64,000 bases of DNA from Holosporales bacterium (GCA_046338525.1 JBKDWF010000040.1:46764-110763), one strand, 5' to 3'. Counted from the stretch's first letter, positions 9,556 to 18,075 are shown. Notes: generated by a model from the letters alone, not told the origin. Numbers and translations are program-made.

Positions 9556-9933
9556 ATGGCACAACGTTTATACACTAAATCCCACGAATGGATTGAAGTT
9601 AATGGCGATACAGCCACCGTTGGCATTACTGATTATGCCCAACACGCATTAGGCGATGTTGTCTATGTTGATATACCCGCAGCCGGAAAAATCGTTACAG
9701 CCGGCGCACCTGCAGCAGTAGTGGAATCAGTAAAAGCCGCCAGTGAGGTTTATGCACCAGTTTCTGGAACAATTACAGAAAGTAACGCTACTATTCAACT
9801 TGATCCATCTCTGGTCAACCGTGCTGCTGATAACGACGGTTGGTTTTTTCGTCTAAAAATTGCTAATAATAATGAACTTAAAAACCTACTCGATGAAACG
9901 GCTTATAAAAATTTATTATCAAGTTTATCATAA
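9556..9933 (+). CDS. gcvH: Glycine cleavage system H protein
   Basis: YTKSHEWIEV...GITDYAQ...VESVKAASEVYAPVSG carries the lipoyl-lysine motif and is typical of GcvH (125 aa). Confidence 0.85.
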   Translation: MAQRLYTKSHEWIEVNGDTATVGITDYAQHALGDVVYVDIPAAGKIVTAGAPAAVVESVKAASEVYAPVSGTITESNATIQLDPSLVNRAADNDGWFFRLKIANNNELKNLLDETAYKNLLSSLS

Positions 9934-9939
9934 GATTTT

Positions 9940-10506
9940 TTGGAGGCTACTTTGCCCACTTTAACTTTGGCTGATTATTTTACCCTAACCAGACTTGTTG
10001 CGGTTGTACCGTTACTTTTATTCTGGTGGCTTCCAGGGGGTGCATGGTTAGCCTTTGCTGTGTTAGCTGTTGCCTGTCTTACAGATTTTGCCGACGGAAT
10101 TATTGCTCGTCATCGCAAGGAGATTTCCCCATTTGGAACCATGATCGACCCTATTGCGGATAAAGTCTTGGTTATCTCTGCTTTATTAATGCTCGCCTTA
10201 AGTGGGATTCTGACCCTAATAGGGTTGGTGGCGTTTTGGATTATCTTATGGCGGGAAATTATCGTTTCTGGCCTACGAGAATACTTGGCTCAGCGCGGCT
10301 TATCTATGCCAGTAACCCCCATGGCGAAATACAAAACTGCTGCGCAGATGCTTGCCCTGTCCGGGTTATTTTTTGAACACGCTTGGCGCGGCGGTAACGC
10401 TGGCGCGTGGCTGTGGAGCGAAGGCGGCTTACTGCTGGCCACCGTCCTGACAGTATGGACGGGCATTGCTTATGGTAAGGCGACGATTGAGGCGTTGAAA
10501 GGGTAG
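9940..10506 (+). CDS. pgsA: CDP-diacylglycerol--glycerol-3-phosphate 3-phosphatidyltransferase (CDP-alcohol phosphatidyltransferase family), TTG start
   Basis: CDP-OH_P_transferase motif DFADGIIARHRKEISPFGTMIDPIADKVLV in a multi-TM protein. The start is an in-frame TTG, GGAGG-preceded. Confidence 0.7.
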   Translation: MEATLPTLTLADYFTLTRLVAVVPLLLFWWLPGGAWLAFAVLAVACLTDFADGIIARHRKEISPFGTMIDPIADKVLVISALLMLALSGILTLIGLVAFWIILWREIIVSGLREYLAQRGLSMPVTPMAKYKTAAQMLALSGLFFEHAWRGGNAGAWLWSEGGLLLATVLTVWTGIAYGKATIEALKG

Positions 10507-10518
10507 GCCACCTCTATT

Positions 10519-10556
10519 AATACCATTTTGCAATCAATTGATTGTAAAATGGTATT
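10519..10556. terminator. Bidirectional hairpin between convergent pgsA and rsmB
   Basis: A 17-bp inverted repeat, aataccattttgcaatc / gattgtaaaatggtatt, with loop aatt and one mismatch. It overlaps the rsmB stop codon. Confidence 0.45.
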
Positions 10557-11847
10557 AGTTACGCTTCCACGCTGCCACAAAAAAACCATCTGTTCCATGT
10601 TGATGGGGCGTAAGCTGAAGACTATTTTCTTTAATCCCAACCAACTCACCCAACCCTGCCCTGCTGAATGCTTCTTTCATCACCAGCGGTGAAAATCCTA
10701 CTTCTACCTCATTAAACCAAGCAACTTGGGCATCATTTTCCTCACCAAGGAGTGAGCACGTCGCGTACCACAATTCTCCGCCCGGTTTTACTAATCGACC
10801 CGCCTGACTAAGAATAGCACGTTGCTTTGCTACTAATTCTTGAACATCTGCCGCCGTATAACGAAAACGGGCATCCGGGTTGCGTCGCCAAGTGCCAGTA
10901 CCTGTACACGGTGCATCAACTAAAACGCGATCGAATTTTCCGGCATTGCTAACGCACCAGCGATCTTCCATCAATCGCACCGTAGCGTTATGCACCCCCG
11001 CCTTGCGAATGCGGCGTTTGGCTTCCTCTAACCTCTTTGAAATAATATCAAGGGATACCAGCCTCCCCTTGTTTTCCATACTTGCAGCTAGAGCCAAACT
11101 TTTTCCCCCTGCACCGGCACAAAAATCAAGCACCGCCATTCCCGACTTTACCCCCACCAAGAGGGCAGCAAGCTGAGCCGCCTCATCCTGAATTTCCGCA
11201 TGCCCATTTTTCAAAGCAGGCAGACGATCAAAAGCAAAACGTTGACCTATCCTAATCCCCAACGGCGAGTGCGGCGTGGGCTGAGCGGACAAACCCGATG
11301 CCCTAACCTGCTCCAGCAACGCCATCCTATCAATGTGCAAGGTATTGACCCGCAAATCTACCGGTGCTTGTTTTTGTAGTGCATCAAGCAATATTGGCAG
11401 GCAATCCCCATAGCGCGCTTCCAACGTACTTGCCGCCCAGTCCGGACATTCTCCCTTCACCGCTAGCGGCATACTCACCTCGGCTTCGGTATCCACATGG
11501 AGACGTTCCAACTTTCGCCGCTCTCCGCCCGTTAGAGGTGCTGGAGCATATTGACTACCATTATAAATATTGGCCAGCGCTGCTGGCGTCTGACCCTCTA
11601 CAATAAGATGATACGCAAGAAGCCCCAAACGCGGCGTCCAATCTGCACCAGCCCGCACCAGCCTCCAAGTCAAGCGTACTCGGTACCGAAGAACACCATA
11701 CACTAATGCAGCAAGATGCTGCCTATCTCGGCTTCCTGCAAAACGATGTCTTCTACCCCAATGATGTAGCTCCCGATCCACAGGAACACCACCATGCGCA
11801 GCGGTAAGAATCTCTAAAGCCGCACTGGCCAACGCTGCCGGGGTCAT
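10555..11847 (-). CDS. rsmB: 16S rRNA (cytosine967-C5)-methyltransferase RsmB/Sun
   Basis: NusB-like N-terminus. SAM-binding motif DFCAGAGGKS. Motifs DRVLVDAPCTGTG and a PC/TC catalytic cysteine. Confidence 0.8.
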   Translation of the reverse strand: MTPAALASAALEILTAAHGGVPVDRELHHWGRRHRFAGSRDRQHLAALVYGVLRYRVRLTWRLVRAGADWTPRLGLLAYHLIVEGQTPAALANIYNGSQYAPAPLTGGERRKLERLHVDTEAEVSMPLAVKGECPDWAASTLEARYGDCLPILLDALQKQAPVDLRVNTLHIDRMALLEQVRASGLSAQPTPHSPLGIRIGQRFAFDRLPALKNGHAEIQDEAAQLAALLVGVKSGMAVLDFCAGAGGKSLALAASMENKGRLVSLDIISKRLEEAKRRIRKAGVHNATVRLMEDRWCVSNAGKFDRVLVDAPCTGTGTWRRNPDARFRYTAADVQELVAKQRAILSQAGRLVKPGGELWYATCSLLGEENDAQVAWFNEVEVGFSPLVMKEAFSRAGLGELVGIKENSLQLTPHQHGTDGFFVAAWKRN

Positions 11848-12938
11848 GATAGCACCGCCAGCACATCGGCATCTTTTACGTCCCGCCGTTCAACGGCGTT
11901 TCCAATAGAATTAAGCAAAATAAATGTTTTTTTACCACCAACGGTTTTTTTATCGCTTTCCATTACTTTTAATAAATCATGGGGTTTTAAAGTAAAGCTA
12001 GGCAATAAGTCTTTTAAAGTACGAGGATACTCAAGACCATCGAGATGATCCTCAATCGCCACTACTTGATGTGCTTCTAACATGTCTAAACGAGCCGACA
12101 ACCTTGCCGCAAGCCGAATTCCATACGCTACTGCTTCGCCATGAAGAAGAACACTGTTGTTATAACCAACAGCAGCTTCTAATGCATGACCAAACGTATG
12201 ACCAAAATTAAGCAATGCCCGAACTCCAGCTTCACGCTCATCTTTGCTAACGATTAAAGCTTTAGTACGACAGCTATGGGAAATAGCTATTTTTAAAGCT
12301 TCATCATCTCCGTCCAGTATTGCTTGGGCATGACTTTGGCACCATGCAAAAAAACTTGCATCATCAATAAGACCGTATTTTAAAATTTCCGCGTAACCAG
12401 CGCGACGTTCCCGCATGGGTAGTGTCTTTAAGCAATCCAGATCAATAATAACCCGCACCGGTTGGTAAAATGTTCCTATTAAATTTTTACCGGCATGAGT
12501 ATTGATGGCTGTTTTTCCGCCAACAGAACTATCCACTTGGGCTAAAAGAGTTGTAGGAATTTGAACAAAAGGAATACCCCGCAGGGCTATACTGGCCACA
12601 AAACCGCCCAAATCACCAACAACCCCTCCACCTAATGCAATGAGAAGCGTCTTACGATCAATAGGCCAACCTAGGATTTTTTCCAAAACTTCTTGTAAAA
12701 CGGTAAAACTTTTTGCTTCTTCTCCCGCAGGGACAATAAGAGGAAGAATAGCCTTGTTACCAAGAATTTTCTCAATAGTTTTTTGGTATAAAGGAGCAAC
12801 ATTTGTATCGCTAAGTAAGATAATTTTTTTGGTTACATCTAACCATGGTGTAAGCTCTTTTTCTAAATGTGCTAAGCTACCGTTAGAAATCGTAATGTCA
12901 TAACGATGATGCTGTGTTTGTACAGAAATAGAAGTCAT
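11844..12938 (-). CDS. aroB: 3-dehydroquinate synthase
   Basis: GGGVVGDLGGF, a KTAINT motif and HGEAV..GIR: NAD- and metal-binding motifs of AroB (364 aa). Confidence 0.9.
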   Translation of the reverse strand: MTSISVQTQHHRYDITISNGSLAHLEKELTPWLDVTKKIILLSDTNVAPLYQKTIEKILGNKAILPLIVPAGEEAKSFTVLQEVLEKILGWPIDRKTLLIALGGGVVGDLGGFVASIALRGIPFVQIPTTLLAQVDSSVGGKTAINTHAGKNLIGTFYQPVRVIIDLDCLKTLPMRERRAGYAEILKYGLIDDASFFAWCQSHAQAILDGDDEALKIAISHSCRTKALIVSKDEREAGVRALLNFGHTFGHALEAAVGYNNSVLLHGEAVAYGIRLAARLSARLDMLEAHQVVAIEDHLDGLEYPRTLKDLLPSFTLKPHDLLKVMESDKKTVGGKKTFILLNSIGNAVERRDVKDADVLAVLS

Positions 12939-13041
12939 CAGTAGAGTATAACCACTTTATTTTTTGAGAAAACTTAATAACACTCTTCTTCCTATAATTT
13001 TTTTTAGAAATGGTTGTAGTAGTAAGTAGTGCCCATAAAAG

Positions 13042-13272
13042 TGGGGATAACTTTTTTATCTTTTTTATACACAAAGTTTTCCACAGTTATTTGTATGAAA
13101 ATACTTTTTAAAATAAGGAATTAAAAATTATCCCCAAGGATTAAAGCACTTTTGTTCACAGTGTTTTTTTTACCAAAAACTCATATAAGAAGAATAGAGG
13201 AGTGCGTATAGTTTTGCTATACTCTTAAAATAGGCCTGTTATCCACAATCTATCCACAAGCCTATGGATAAT
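13042..13272. promoter_or_regulatory. Cluster of six DnaA-box-like 9-mers in AT-rich intergenic DNA (candidate oriC or DnaA-regulated region)
   Basis: One perfect box: TTATCCACA at 13239-13247. Five one-mismatch boxes: tggggataa at 13042-50 (reverse); TTTTCCACA at 13076-84; TTATCCCCA at 13128-36; CTATCCACA at 13250-58; tatggataa at 13263-71 (reverse). Confidence 0.45.
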
Positions 13273-13999
13273 TATAATTTGCTACAAAAACCTTTAGTAG
13301 CGACAACACCACAATCGCTAAAATTGCTATTCCCACAAGGATTTGCGCTGGAACAATAATAAAAAATATTTGTACCTGTGGCATGAGGCGTGACAACATT
13401 CCAACAGCTATATTGAAAATAATTCCTAAAATAAGCAGTGGTGCAGCTAATTGAACACCGATATGAAAAGCATCAGCGAAGATGCGGCTTAGATGATTGC
13501 TTGCATCAATAATATTGAATGTTGTACCAATAGGGAAAGAAATATAGCTTTGCGCCAAAGCCTTAAAGGTGTTGTGGTGAAGTTCAGCGGTAAAAATAGC
13601 AGTCACCCCAGCCATCGTTAAAAACACGGAAAATAAGTTGCCCTGTTGCCCAAGGCTTGGGTTTAACAGTGAGGCATTTGACATCCCTGTTTGTAAACCA
13701 ATAATAGAACCGGCAACATCCAAGGCACTGAGCAGAAATTTTGCCATTAATCCAAAAAAAACGCCAATGGCAATTTCTTGAATTATATAAACAAATGTTT
13801 GTAGACCACTTTCTGGAACAGAAGGAAGTGGGGTAAGAGGCCAAAGAACTAAGCTGAAAAGGATAGCAAAGGCTAGGCGCACTTTTGCAGGAACAAATAT
13901 TTGATCCAAGCCAGGCATTAAAGAAATAAGGCTCCCTACCCGACAAAAAGTCATTAAAAAAGCAAATGTTTCCTGCGGAAGAAGATTTAGCAGAGACAT
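13262..13999 (-). CDS. fliR: Flagellar biosynthetic protein FliR
   Basis: 245-aa polytopic membrane protein. Its N-terminus TFAFLMTFCRVGSLISLMPGLDQIFVPAKVRLAFAIL is typical of FliR. It lies directly downstream of fliQ. Confidence 0.85.
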   Translation of the reverse strand: MSLLNLLPQETFAFLMTFCRVGSLISLMPGLDQIFVPAKVRLAFAILFSLVLWPLTPLPSVPESGLQTFVYIIQEIAIGVFFGLMAKFLLSALDVAGSIIGLQTGMSNASLLNPSLGQQGNLFSVFLTMAGVTAIFTAELHHNTFKALAQSYISFPIGTTFNIIDASNHLSRIFADAFHIGVQLAAPLLILGIIFNIAVGMLSRLMPQVQIFFIIVPAQILVGIAILAIVVLSLLKVFVANYNYP

Positions 14000-14000
14000 C

Positions 14001-14267
14001 CTAACTGCCTTGAATCATGCGTTGGAAAAGTTCCAATGTGAATGATTGTAATGTGTTAAACATAAAAGGAAGAAACAACGCAGTTGCGGCAAAAACAGCA
14101 ATGACTTTTGGTACAAAAGACAAGGTGCTTTCTTGAATTTGGGTAAGAGCCTGAAACAAAGATATCACAAGTCCAACAATAAGAGTGATAATCAGCAGCG
14201 GCGCCCCAACCTTGAGGGTCGTCCAGAGCGCTTGTTGGGTAATCTCTAAAACATCACTGAAATTCAT
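14001..14267 (-). CDS. fliQ: Flagellar biosynthetic protein FliQ
   Basis: 88 aa with two TMs. The FliQ signature is QQALWTTLKVGAPLLIITLIVGLVISLFQALTQIQE. Confidence 0.85.
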   Translation of the reverse strand: MNFSDVLEITQQALWTTLKVGAPLLIITLIVGLVISLFQALTQIQESTLSFVPKVIAVFAATALFLPFMFNTLQSFTLELFQRMIQGS

Positions 14268-14327
14268 GGTTAAAGACTTAAAAGCAAAGAGTTGCCAAAT
14301 AGTAAATAACTGGGGAAATGTAAGATT

Positions 14328-15242
14328 ATGACGGTTCTTCTTTTACAGTGTTTAGTGCCTTTATATATTTATGTTTTATTAGGGTTTTATGCTGGGCGCG
14401 TTTTAAAAATAGACAGACAACAGGTGGCGCGCTTAGTGATTTATCTGATTGCACCGTTGATGTTTTTAGGGTCGGTGAGCATTGCGCCATTGGATATTAG
14501 GTATTTACTGTTACCAGTTGTTACTTTTTTTCTGGCAGTTGTTATGAGTGGATTGATGTTTTTTTTGTCGGGAAAGGTTTGTCCTGATGCTCGCCGTTAT
14601 CTTATCACTTCAGCATCTGGCACTGGAAATACAGGGTATTTTGGTGTCCCAGTATTTTTGAGTTTTGCTCAACCGGAATCATTGGGTGTGTATATGCTGG
14701 CAATGCTGGGGTTCACCTTTTTTGAGGCTAGTATAGGTTATTATCTTATTGCACGGGGCAATTATTCGGTGCGGGATAGTGTACGACGATTGTTCACATT
14801 ACCCACGTTATATGCAGTGGGGCTGGGGCTGTTGGTTAATGCGAGTGGGGCAGGTATTCCTGCTTGGATGTTGACGGGTCTTGAGCAGATACGCGGAGCC
14901 TATGTAGTACTTGGTATGATGTTGGTGGGTGTGGGATTATCTGCCGTTCGGCGACTTCAAGTTGATGTTCCTTTTACCTCAATGTTATTGTTGATGCGAT
15001 TTATTTTTTGGCCGCTGTTGGTAATGGGAGTGTTGGTTTTTGATTCTATATTTTTAGGGTTTTTTGATTCATTGGGGCGTACAGTTTTATGGGTGTTAGC
15101 GATTGTGCCGTTGGCGGCAAATACAGTGGCTTTTGCTAGTGAAATGAACCTGCATCCAGAAAAAACAGCTACGGCGGTAGTGATTAGCACAGTGTTAGCG
15201 GTGCTTACCGTGCCGCTTATTGCACCATTACTTTTCTTTTGA
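14328..15242 (+). CDS. AEC (auxin efflux carrier / malate permease-like) family transporter
   Basis: 304-aa polytopic membrane protein with two repeated five-TM halves typical of the AEC/Mleu family. Confidence 0.7.
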   Translation: MTVLLLQCLVPLYIYVLLGFYAGRVLKIDRQQVARLVIYLIAPLMFLGSVSIAPLDIRYLLLPVVTFFLAVVMSGLMFFLSGKVCPDARRYLITSASGTGNTGYFGVPVFLSFAQPESLGVYMLAMLGFTFFEASIGYYLIARGNYSVRDSVRRLFTLPTLYAVGLGLLVNASGAGIPAWMLTGLEQIRGAYVVLGMMLVGVGLSAVRRLQVDVPFTSMLLLMRFIFWPLLVMGVLVFDSIFLGFFDSLGRTVLWVLAIVPLAANTVAFASEMNLHPEKTATAVVISTVLAVLTVPLIAPLLFF

Positions 15243-15250
15243 TGGGGTCA

Positions 15251-15347
15251 TATACTCCTTGCACATGAAGAATGTGCAAGGGATTCGCTCAAGCGCCGCG
15301 CGGGCTGTACCACTCGCAAGCTTAGATAGGAAGTCTTCATGTGCGAG
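15251..15347. repeat. Structured ~100-bp repeat, copy 1 (second copy at 49651-49757)
   Basis: The 70-nt core tatactccttgcacatgaagaatgtgcaagggNttcgctcaag.gccgcgcgggctgtacc.ctcgcaag is about 95% identical to the second copy. It has an internal hairpin (ttgcacatg/catgtgcaa) and long-range complementarity (gcacatgaag...cttcatgtgc). It lies between convergent genes. Confidence 0.6.
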
Positions 15348-15834
15348 TAGATTCGGAAATTTTTTCCCCCCAAGACGCAACGAGTTTTTTTTGTATATTA
15401 ATATTGTTTTTTATAGCCGTTTCGTGACGCCAAATAAAAATGGCTCGAATAAGTTGTGGTAGAACAATAATTATACCCCATCCAAAGCCAGCAGCACACA
15501 AGATTCCAAGCCATTCACGGGCATCATTGAGAACATCAAACCCTGCCGCTAGGCTCCATCCTAAAGGAAGAACCTTAATGAGGGTTGGAGCAACACCAGC
15601 AGCATTCATAATAAGAACGGATAATGCTATACGTTTATTAGGATGTTTATCCCATGACCAAGCTACTAAACCGGGCAACATACCCAGTGTACAAAGGAGA
15701 ACTCCAGAAAGAGATATTAAAGATATACAGATAACAATAAGTCCGTAAAGAAATGTTATCTTTCCTGTCCACGAATTTTTTTCTGATTGTTTTTTGGCTT
15801 TAAGTGTTTCTTTTGATTTATCTAGGGTTACCAT
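15337..15834 (-). CDS. Small polytopic membrane protein (165 aa), hypothetical; downstream partner of the kinase-fold protein
   Basis: 3-4 predicted TM segments. It is four nt downstream of the 681-aa gene on the same strand. It is AT-rich like its partner. Confidence 0.55.
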   Translation of the reverse strand: MVTLDKSKETLKAKKQSEKNSWTGKITFLYGLIVICISLISLSGVLLCTLGMLPGLVAWSWDKHPNKRIALSVLIMNAAGVAPTLIKVLPLGWSLAAGFDVLNDAREWLGILCAAGFGWGIIIVLPQLIRAIFIWRHETAIKNNINIQKKLVASWGEKISESTRT

Positions 15835-15838
15835 GATT

Positions 15839-17884
15839 TTACATCCTCAATACGAAAAAAAAAATCGCAAAAAATAGAGCGACAATCGGAGAAAATCGTG
15901 CTGTTTTTAAAGCAACAAGGGCATTCATGTCGCGTAAAACATGGCGATGCAGAAGAATTTTTTTATCAAGTCTTACGTATTCGTTGCGTGCATTTTCAAA
16001 TTCGATAGAATCTTTCTGGCGTTCTTGGGGACTATCAATAATATCCAAAATTTCTGCAATATATCCATTTTCGGCAACCTGCTCAAGGCTTTTTCTAATC
16101 CGTGCTCGACGTGGCTCACTGTTAAAATAGTCAAGATTCTGTTTCAATGTATTACTAAACCAAGTTGTTATTTTTGGAAAAGATTTGTTACCATATTTTT
16201 GATTAATTAAATGAAAAATACGAAGCAAGGCAACGTGAGATATCCAAGGTTGGCTCGTATCGTTTAATCGATGGAAATACTCTTCTTTGAGAAATTTACA
16301 GCGGCTGGCAATAAAGGCAGCAAGATGTCGATCGATTACAGAATTTTTATAATTTTGATGGGCAGTTTTAGCAAGCGTAGCCTCAAGAGCTATCAAGATA
16401 TCCTCAATCTCTAAGACTATTGTATCTTCAAAAAGAGGGCTTAAGCATGGCACACGTGTATTGAGTTCATAGATACATCGTTCAAATCCATAGCCAAGAC
16501 CTTGATTTATTATAACTCCTTTGAGAAGTTCTAGAATTTTATCAAGGCGACTTTGTTCTTCAGAAACAATATCTTGAGCGCGCAACCAAGCAGATGCAAG
16601 TCCATATCGGATAATATCTACACAAAACTGTCGTTTTTGATTATCATAAAGTCCTGTGAGAAACAGACCACCAAGTCCAGCTACGTCAATGGCAATACCT
16701 TGATAAAACAAGGGAGCTTCGGGGTAGAGCGCAATTAAAGCTTTTGCACTGGTAACGTTGAGCGGTTGGTTAGTGCGCGTAGCAACGGCAAATATTTCAT
16801 GTAAGGAATTAGCAGTATCGTCGGATTCAAGACTTCGACGAAGCCAGATATTTATTTTATTATCTTGGAGAATTTTGACAGAACCACCATCTTTAGTTTT
16901 TCCTAACGCATAGACAAGAGAAGGAAGATTTATATAGTTCATATTATTAAATACCAACGCGCGACCAGCTTTTTTGGCGAATGTCGGTACCTTAGGAACA
17001 ATAGTTTGCCCCCCTAACCATTGTAATATATCATTAATTGTCCACCGATTATTTGGATTGTCATGAAGGCATCCTTTAAGAAAGTCCATGGTTTCTTTTG
17101 AAAAACGTTTGTCACCGATGAAGGTAGCTACGGTACCGTTGGTTGTTTTTTTAAAGAGGAGGCTGTCCAATGTAAGATTTTCAACGGGATTTCCCCCCTC
17201 TAAAAGATGAAGACTAAGCAAGCCAAGATTGTAAATGTCTTCTTGAAAGCTAGTGGTGTTTTTTTTATAAGCAGGTTCTACAAGCATCATTTCGATAGGC
17301 TCAACCGTAAAAGGAATCCGCCATCCAGGATGCCCCATAAAGCACTCACCTAAAACGATGGATGTTTTTGTATGATCTGTGTAAAAGATATTGCTTGGAG
17401 ACAATGCTCTGTAAAATAAAGAATTTTTATCAAGTTCGGCAAATGTATTGATAATGGGTCGAATAAAGCGTTCGCGAACATCCAATTCTGTCCAAGGTGT
17501 GATTTTTTGTTTCCCGTTGTCGGGAAATACTGACGATCCAGGTAAAGGAGTGATAACAAATAAAAGGCTGCCAAAACCGGCACCAAGTGTCTTTTTTTCA
17601 GATGCTTCAGGGTGAATAATAATTGTATCTGATGTTTTTTTGAGTTGTTCGATCATATCGTAGCGTGGCGACATTAATTTATCGGCCATAAAAGCAACCA
17701 TCAAACGTTCTTCGTTCAGTAAATCCGTTGCTTTAAAGGCAAAAACTTGACCGAAAGATAGGTCGTGCATAAATTGAGGGATAATATCCCCCATATGCAC
17801 AACATACCGATCATTCAGAATAATCCGATTTTTTTTACGGCCATCGATGCCGTTTTGAGATTGAGGCTCTTTTGTTGAATTCAC
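15839..17884 (-). CDS. Protein-kinase-fold protein with degenerate catalytic motifs (predicted pseudokinase/atypical kinase), C-terminal TM anchor
   Basis: Kinase subdomains are recognisable in canonical order and spacing: a degenerate Gly loop DLSFGQV; VAFM in place of VAIK (Lys to Met); a catalytic loop YRALSPSNIFY (cf. [HY]RDLKPENIL, Asp to Ala); GEC in place of DFG; VEP in place of APE; DIYNLGLLSLHLLEG (cf. DxWSxG); R280. About 370 aa of helical sequence follow. The protein ends in a hydrophobic tail, FSPIVALFFAIFFFVL. Confidence 0.6.
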   Translation of the reverse strand: MNSTKEPQSQNGIDGRKKNRIILNDRYVVHMGDIIPQFMHDLSFGQVFAFKATDLLNEERLMVAFMADKLMSPRYDMIEQLKKTSDTIIIHPEASEKKTLGAGFGSLLFVITPLPGSSVFPDNGKQKITPWTELDVRERFIRPIINTFAELDKNSLFYRALSPSNIFYTDHTKTSIVLGECFMGHPGWRIPFTVEPIEMMLVEPAYKKNTTSFQEDIYNLGLLSLHLLEGGNPVENLTLDSLLFKKTTNGTVATFIGDKRFSKETMDFLKGCLHDNPNNRWTINDILQWLGGQTIVPKVPTFAKKAGRALVFNNMNYINLPSLVYALGKTKDGGSVKILQDNKINIWLRRSLESDDTANSLHEIFAVATRTNQPLNVTSAKALIALYPEAPLFYQGIAIDVAGLGGLFLTGLYDNQKRQFCVDIIRYGLASAWLRAQDIVSEEQSRLDKILELLKGVIINQGLGYGFERCIYELNTRVPCLSPLFEDTIVLEIEDILIALEATLAKTAHQNYKNSVIDRHLAAFIASRCKFLKEEYFHRLNDTSQPWISHVALLRIFHLINQKYGNKSFPKITTWFSNTLKQNLDYFNSEPRRARIRKSLEQVAENGYIAEILDIIDSPQERQKDSIEFENARNEYVRLDKKILLHRHVLRDMNALVALKTARFSPIVALFFAIFFFVLRM

Positions 17885-18075
17885 GCTGAAATTAACCTTA
17901 ATTAGAATGAATAAAGATTAGGGTATTATAAAAGTACTAACCTTTGGTAATCGCTCATTGGTGGCTTGAGGTTAATAGAGATACCCTACAATTTACATTA
18001 TGCCCCTTGCTGTTAAGATTTGCCTGGCGTAAGGTGCGCTTCTATTTCAAACAGTAGAACAGCAAAGGGTGTGTC

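Noticed and set aside
13108-13145. CtrA-box (TTAA-N7-TTAAC) search in the DnaA-box region
   Set aside because: TTAA motifs are present but none with correct N7 spacing. No claim made.
15220-15462. 80-aa plus-strand ORF
   Set aside because: Spurious read-through of repeat copy 1 and antisense to the membrane-protein gene.
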